Assembly (NCBI RefSeq): GCF_013365495.1
Contig: NZ_CP046580.1
Location: 630,001-662,000 of the forward strand
Length of the DNA stretch: 32,000 nucleotides
Origin: Candidatus Saccharimonadota bacterium
Lineage (GTDB): Bacteria > Pseudomonadota > Alphaproteobacteria > Rickettsiales > Anaplasmataceae
Direction of reading: 5' to 3'
The stretch's first letter is position 1; every line of letters begins with the position of its first letter. The notes beneath the pieces are model-generated. The model saw nothing but the letters and a program-made list of their open reading frames with translations, did no database searches and had not been told where the DNA came from. The translations under genes were made by a program, and so were the position numbers. Positions 29,212-32,000 of the stretch are shown here, piece by piece.

Positions 29212-29299
29212 CGGAGAGAGAGGGATTCGAACCCTCGATATAATTTAATTATATAACGGTTTAGCAAACCGCCGCCTTTAGCCACTCGGCCACCTCTCC
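29212..29299 (-). tRNA. tRNA-Ser (anticodon GCU), class II
   Basis: The reverse complement GGAGAGGTGGCCGAGTGGCTAAAGGCGGCGGTTTGCTAAACCGTTATATAATTAAATTATATCGAGGGTTCGAATCCCTCTCTCTCCG has anticodon arm GCGGT/TTGCTAA/ACCGT, a long AT-rich variable arm and T arm GAGGG/TTCGAAT/CCCTC. No CCA is encoded. Confidence 0.9.
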
Positions 29300-29408
29300 A
29301 AATCTTAAATTTCAATTTACAACATATAATACAAAACTTCATAACCTATTTATGCTTTTAACTACATATTTTACACTAAATAACTATAAGTCATTACACA
29401 AAAATTTT

Positions 29409-29915
29409 TTACACAATAGCACTTTCAATAATTTTCTTAGCATCTTCTATACCAACCCATTCCCCAACTGTTACTGTTCTCCCTTTCTCTAGGTCTTTAT
29501 AATGTAAAAAGAAATGGGAAATTTTCTCTAACAAATTCCTAGGTAAATCAGAATAATTCTCCACATTATCATAATAATTATCAACCCTAGAAATAGGTAC
29601 AGCTAATATTTTTTCATCTCTTCCTTTTTCATCATCAGCAAGTAGAGCTCCTATTGGACGTACCGATATCACAACACCAGATGCTAATGGATATTGAGTC
29701 AACACTAAAACATCAACAGGATCACCATCACCTGCACAAGTATTTGGTATAAATCCATAATTACAAGGATAGATCATTGCAGTAGATAAAAATCTATCAA
29801 CTTGTAACAATCCAAGATCCTTATTAAACTCATACTTTATATGCCCAGCACTTGCACCTATTTCAATTATTACATTTAACACATCTACTGTTATAATCAC
29901 TTTATTCAAATCCAT
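29409..29915 (-). CDS. ppa: Inorganic pyrophosphatase (family I)
   Basis: 168 aa with IEIGASAGHIKYEFNKDLGLLQVDRFL...YPCNYGFIPNTCAGDGDPVDVLVL. Confidence 0.93.
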   Translation of the reverse strand: MDLNKVIITVDVLNVIIEIGASAGHIKYEFNKDLGLLQVDRFLSTAMIYPCNYGFIPNTCAGDGDPVDVLVLTQYPLASGVVISVRPIGALLADDEKGRDEKILAVPISRVDNYYDNVENYSDLPRNLLEKISHFFLHYKDLEKGRTVTVGEWVGIEDAKKIIESAIV

Positions 29916-29957
29916 AAGCCACTCCCCTCCCCAAACAAAAAAAATAATAAAAACTAG

Positions 29958-30497
29958 CTAAATCAGCTTAGATAAATAAATAGCAGCTTTGCAGCCTGTT
30001 TTTATCAATAAAGATAAAATCTCATAACCAAATGCGCTTTTAGCGTCATGCTGAATTGCAATATCCCTGTGTTCTAACTCTTCATTACGAAACTTATTTA
30101 TAGTTTCTCTTAATTCTCCATCTCTTAAATGCAAAACTTGCTCTTCGTAGTGTTTTTCAATCACTTCTTCAACTGCAGCAGTACAAGCCATAGCAGTTTT
30201 TTTACCCATTACAGCTGTTATAACACCAAGTGAAACCCCCAATACACACCAAATTGGCAACAAAACAGTAGGGCGAATTTTTTGATTTTTAACTTTTTCT
30301 CTAAAATAGTAGAAATGTTTCTTTTCTTGTTCTTCCATTTCAATTATCTTATTAATTATAGAAGATTTTTTAAAAATAAATCTTTGACCATAATAAATAC
30401 AAAGAGCACCATACTCTCCAGCATGATTTACTCTAATTGCTTTCTCTAAAAAGTTTTTCTCCAACTTTTTATTAAAAAAATAGCTTTCTTTCTTCAA
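29958..30497 (-). CDS. coq7: Demethoxyubiquinone hydroxylase, di-iron carboxylate Coq7 family
   Basis: 179 aa, TTG start. RVNHAGEYGA, EEQEKKH, AVEEVIEKHY and EELEHRD form the paired E / ExxH iron ligand motifs of Coq7. The family is known in Rickettsiales and mitochondria. Confidence 0.85.
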   Translation of the reverse strand: MKKESYFFNKKLEKNFLEKAIRVNHAGEYGALCIYYGQRFIFKKSSIINKIIEMEEQEKKHFYYFREKVKNQKIRPTVLLPIWCVLGVSLGVITAVMGKKTAMACTAAVEEVIEKHYEEQVLHLRDGELRETINKFRNEELEHRDIAIQHDAKSAFGYEILSLLIKTGCKAAIYLSKLI

Positions 30498-31222
30498 TTA
30501 AAGACCCTCCGTTTATTTTCACTAACCTATTATAAATAAACATGTTGTAGAGTAAATAAAACTTTATACGATAACTATACAAATAATTAATTTCTTCTCA
30601 AAATCAAAATAAACTATAAACCCTTATACCTTTATGTTACCTTATATATCATAACTCCCTTACCACTTTACTCTCCACCAACCCAGAAAAGAATGATCGA
30701 TTAAAAAACTAAATCACATATAATAAAACAAAATTAATAGCCGAATTACCATCAAAACTGTTAGAAAAATAATTCTAATTATACTTTATATTATATCCCT
30801 AAATATTTTATTCATAATTCAAACAATTTACTTTGTCTCAATTCTCAACTTTTTTATTTTTCTGATAAAATAAATACAAAACCATAAAAAGCAACTCATA
30901 CAATACAATCACAGCACTGCACAATTACACCTAAAATTAAATAAAATTCTGTTCTCCTCCCCATAAAATTTTTCTTCATCCTTTTTACTTTAATAATATT
31001 TTTTCTATGTATAAATGTTTATTACACTAGCAATATGATATTTTTTTAACAAGAATTGGTATTATATTGTAATAATAAAAAATTTCAAAAATTTAAACCT
31101 ATATCGTGATTACAACTTAGATATAAAACCTAAAAGTACTATTTTACTCACTATTATAAGTGCTATCTTAAATTAATCATTATTAATTTTAATAATTAAC
31201 ATTCTTACTAAAAGAACATAAT

Positions 31223-32000
31223 TCAATATCCAGTTAACATTCTTTCTACCAATTCTCTTACTGTTGGTATATAACCATTCTTATAAAAAGGATCTTGCTT
31301 AAATCTATATACATTATACCCAGAAAACACAAGTTCATTTTCAATATCACCGTCATGCATAATATTTTGCAGTGTTTTTTGTATACAAAAACTTCGTGGA
31401 TCTGGCTTTCGACCAGTCGAGTGATTGCCGTGATCTTTCCAATTACTAAATAAACAATGACTTAAACACCCCATACAATTAATTTGATCACGCCTTATCT
31501 TCATAAATTTATCCGGTGTTACAAAAATAATAGTTGTATCTGGAGTTTTCATTACTTCTGTATATCCTGCTTTAATCCACATATTTACTAGTTTTTTATC
31601 TTTTGCAGTCAGATAAATTCTTCTACCTCTTACACCAACTGTAAATTCACTATTAAATTCTTCACTAGCATTTTCTGAAAATTTCACTTGACGTAAGTTC
31701 CGTTCCTGCAATTCACGTATAAAATTATTTCTTACTGCAGATGAGTAAAATCCTGTTGGGCTAAACTTATTTAAAAAAACATCACCCTTTTCTAAAGTCA
31801 ATAACTTCTTCTTCCATTTCATAGAAATTGGGCTTTCCTGAGTCAAAAGTGGACGTGTACCAAATTGAAAAGCTATTGGCCCAATTTGTAAATTATCAAG
31901 CCAATGTTCCCAATCTTTTAAATGCCACACTCCTCCTGCCATAACAATGAGTACTTTAGAAAGACCGACCTCACTCATAAAAGATCTCAATTCTACAACT
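31223..32000 (-). CDS. Nitronate monooxygenase / 2-nitropropane dioxygenase (NMO) family flavoprotein, C-terminal part (gene runs off the right edge)
   Basis: The frame stays open upstream of the track's TTG at 31990 to the window end (...VVELRSFMSEVG...). GGVWHLKDWEHWLDN and FQFGTRPLLTQESPIS resemble the long NMO/NPD-family proteins of intracellular bacteria. The family call is from memory only. Confidence 0.55.
   Translation of the reverse strand, partial: VVELRSFMSEVGLSKVLIVMAGGVWHLKDWEHWLDNLQIGPIAFQFGTRPLLTQESPISMKWKKKLLTLEKGDVFLNKFSPTGFYSSAVRNNFIRELQERNLRQVKFSENASEEFNSEFTVGVRGRRIYLTAKDKKLVNMWIKAGYTEVMKTPDTTIIFVTPDKFMKIRRDQINCMGCLSHCLFSNWKDHGNHSTGRKPDPRSFCIQKTLQNIMHDGDIENELVFSGYNVYRFKQDPFYKNGYIPTVRELVERMLTGY

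Noticed and set aside
25620-29299. Possible tRNA-Ser-associated genomic island carrying the Ank and pentapeptide genes.
   Set aside because: - The geometry fits, since the tRNA 3' end faces the cassette.
- However, I found no integrase, no direct repeat of the tRNA 3' end at the far side (only a trivial CTCTCT near 26130, in the wrong orientation), and no compositional contrast with the rest of the window.
6366-31222. Structured ncRNA genes (tmRNA, RNase P RNA, SRP RNA, 6S, riboswitches) hidden in the nine spacers longer than 400 bp.
   Set aside because: In this genome the three tRNAs stand out clearly as GC-rich islands. No comparable GC-rich or compensatory-stem patch is visible in any spacer. 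This is an eye scan only, and Infernal/Rfam would be decisive.
1-32000. Replication origin or terminus, judged from strand composition.
   Set aside because: Spacers sampled along the window show C greater than G and A-richness on the + strand. This is consistent with the minus strand, which carries the ribosomal operons, being the leading strand. I saw no skew switch and no DnaA-box cluster.
1-32000. CRISPR arrays, transposases or IS elements, prophage genes, toxin-antitoxin pairs or known defence systems.
   Set aside because: There are no spaced direct-repeat arrays, no terminal inverted repeats flanking ORFs, and none of the ORF translations resemble transposase, integrase, Cas, restriction or TA proteins.

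Overview
This is a very AT-rich window from a reduced obligate-intracellular alphaproteobacterium. Gene content and order fit Rickettsiales/Anaplasmataceae. Unusually long AT-rich spacers combined with small tandem duplications fit an Ehrlichia ruminantium-like genome best, but that assignment is inference.

Most of the window is housekeeping:
- **Translation block, minus strand:** distal S10 ribosomal operon (rpsC' - rplV - rpsS - rplB - rplW - rplD - rplC - rpsJ) fused directly behind tuf, preceded by tRNA-Tyr and tRNA-Gly.
- **Rest of the left half:** a split carA; fmt - rplT - rpmI; fdxA; an Fe-ADH/glycerol-1-phosphate-dehydrogenase-like gene divergent from dapE.
- **Middle:** a peroxiredoxin-trxB operon; lpdA overlapping a split BamB-like beta-propeller gene; pdxJ; an HU/IHF-like gene; rpsI-rplM; a TolC-like outer-membrane channel.
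- **Right half:** rlmE, ccmB, dksA, gmk, tRNA-Ser, ppa, coq7 and an edge-truncated nitronate-monooxygenase-family gene.

The only accessory-looking locus is a translationally coupled pair at 26170-28525. It encodes an ankyrin-repeat protein and a roughly 300-aa pentapeptide-repeat protein. Both have N-terminal export-type sequences, and long spacers isolate the pair.

Other points worth a second look:
- Three core genes have damaged or non-canonical reading frames. carA is split at a 5-bp tandem duplication, the bamB-like gene is split at an A10 run, and rlmE has no canonical start upstream of its catalytic lysine.
- DksA has a 2-Cys (CxxT-x17-CxxE) finger.
- About a quarter of the window is non-coding. 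Nine spacers exceed 400 bp and two are about 1.27 kb.

I saw no CRISPR array, transposase, integrase, phage gene or recognisable defence system.
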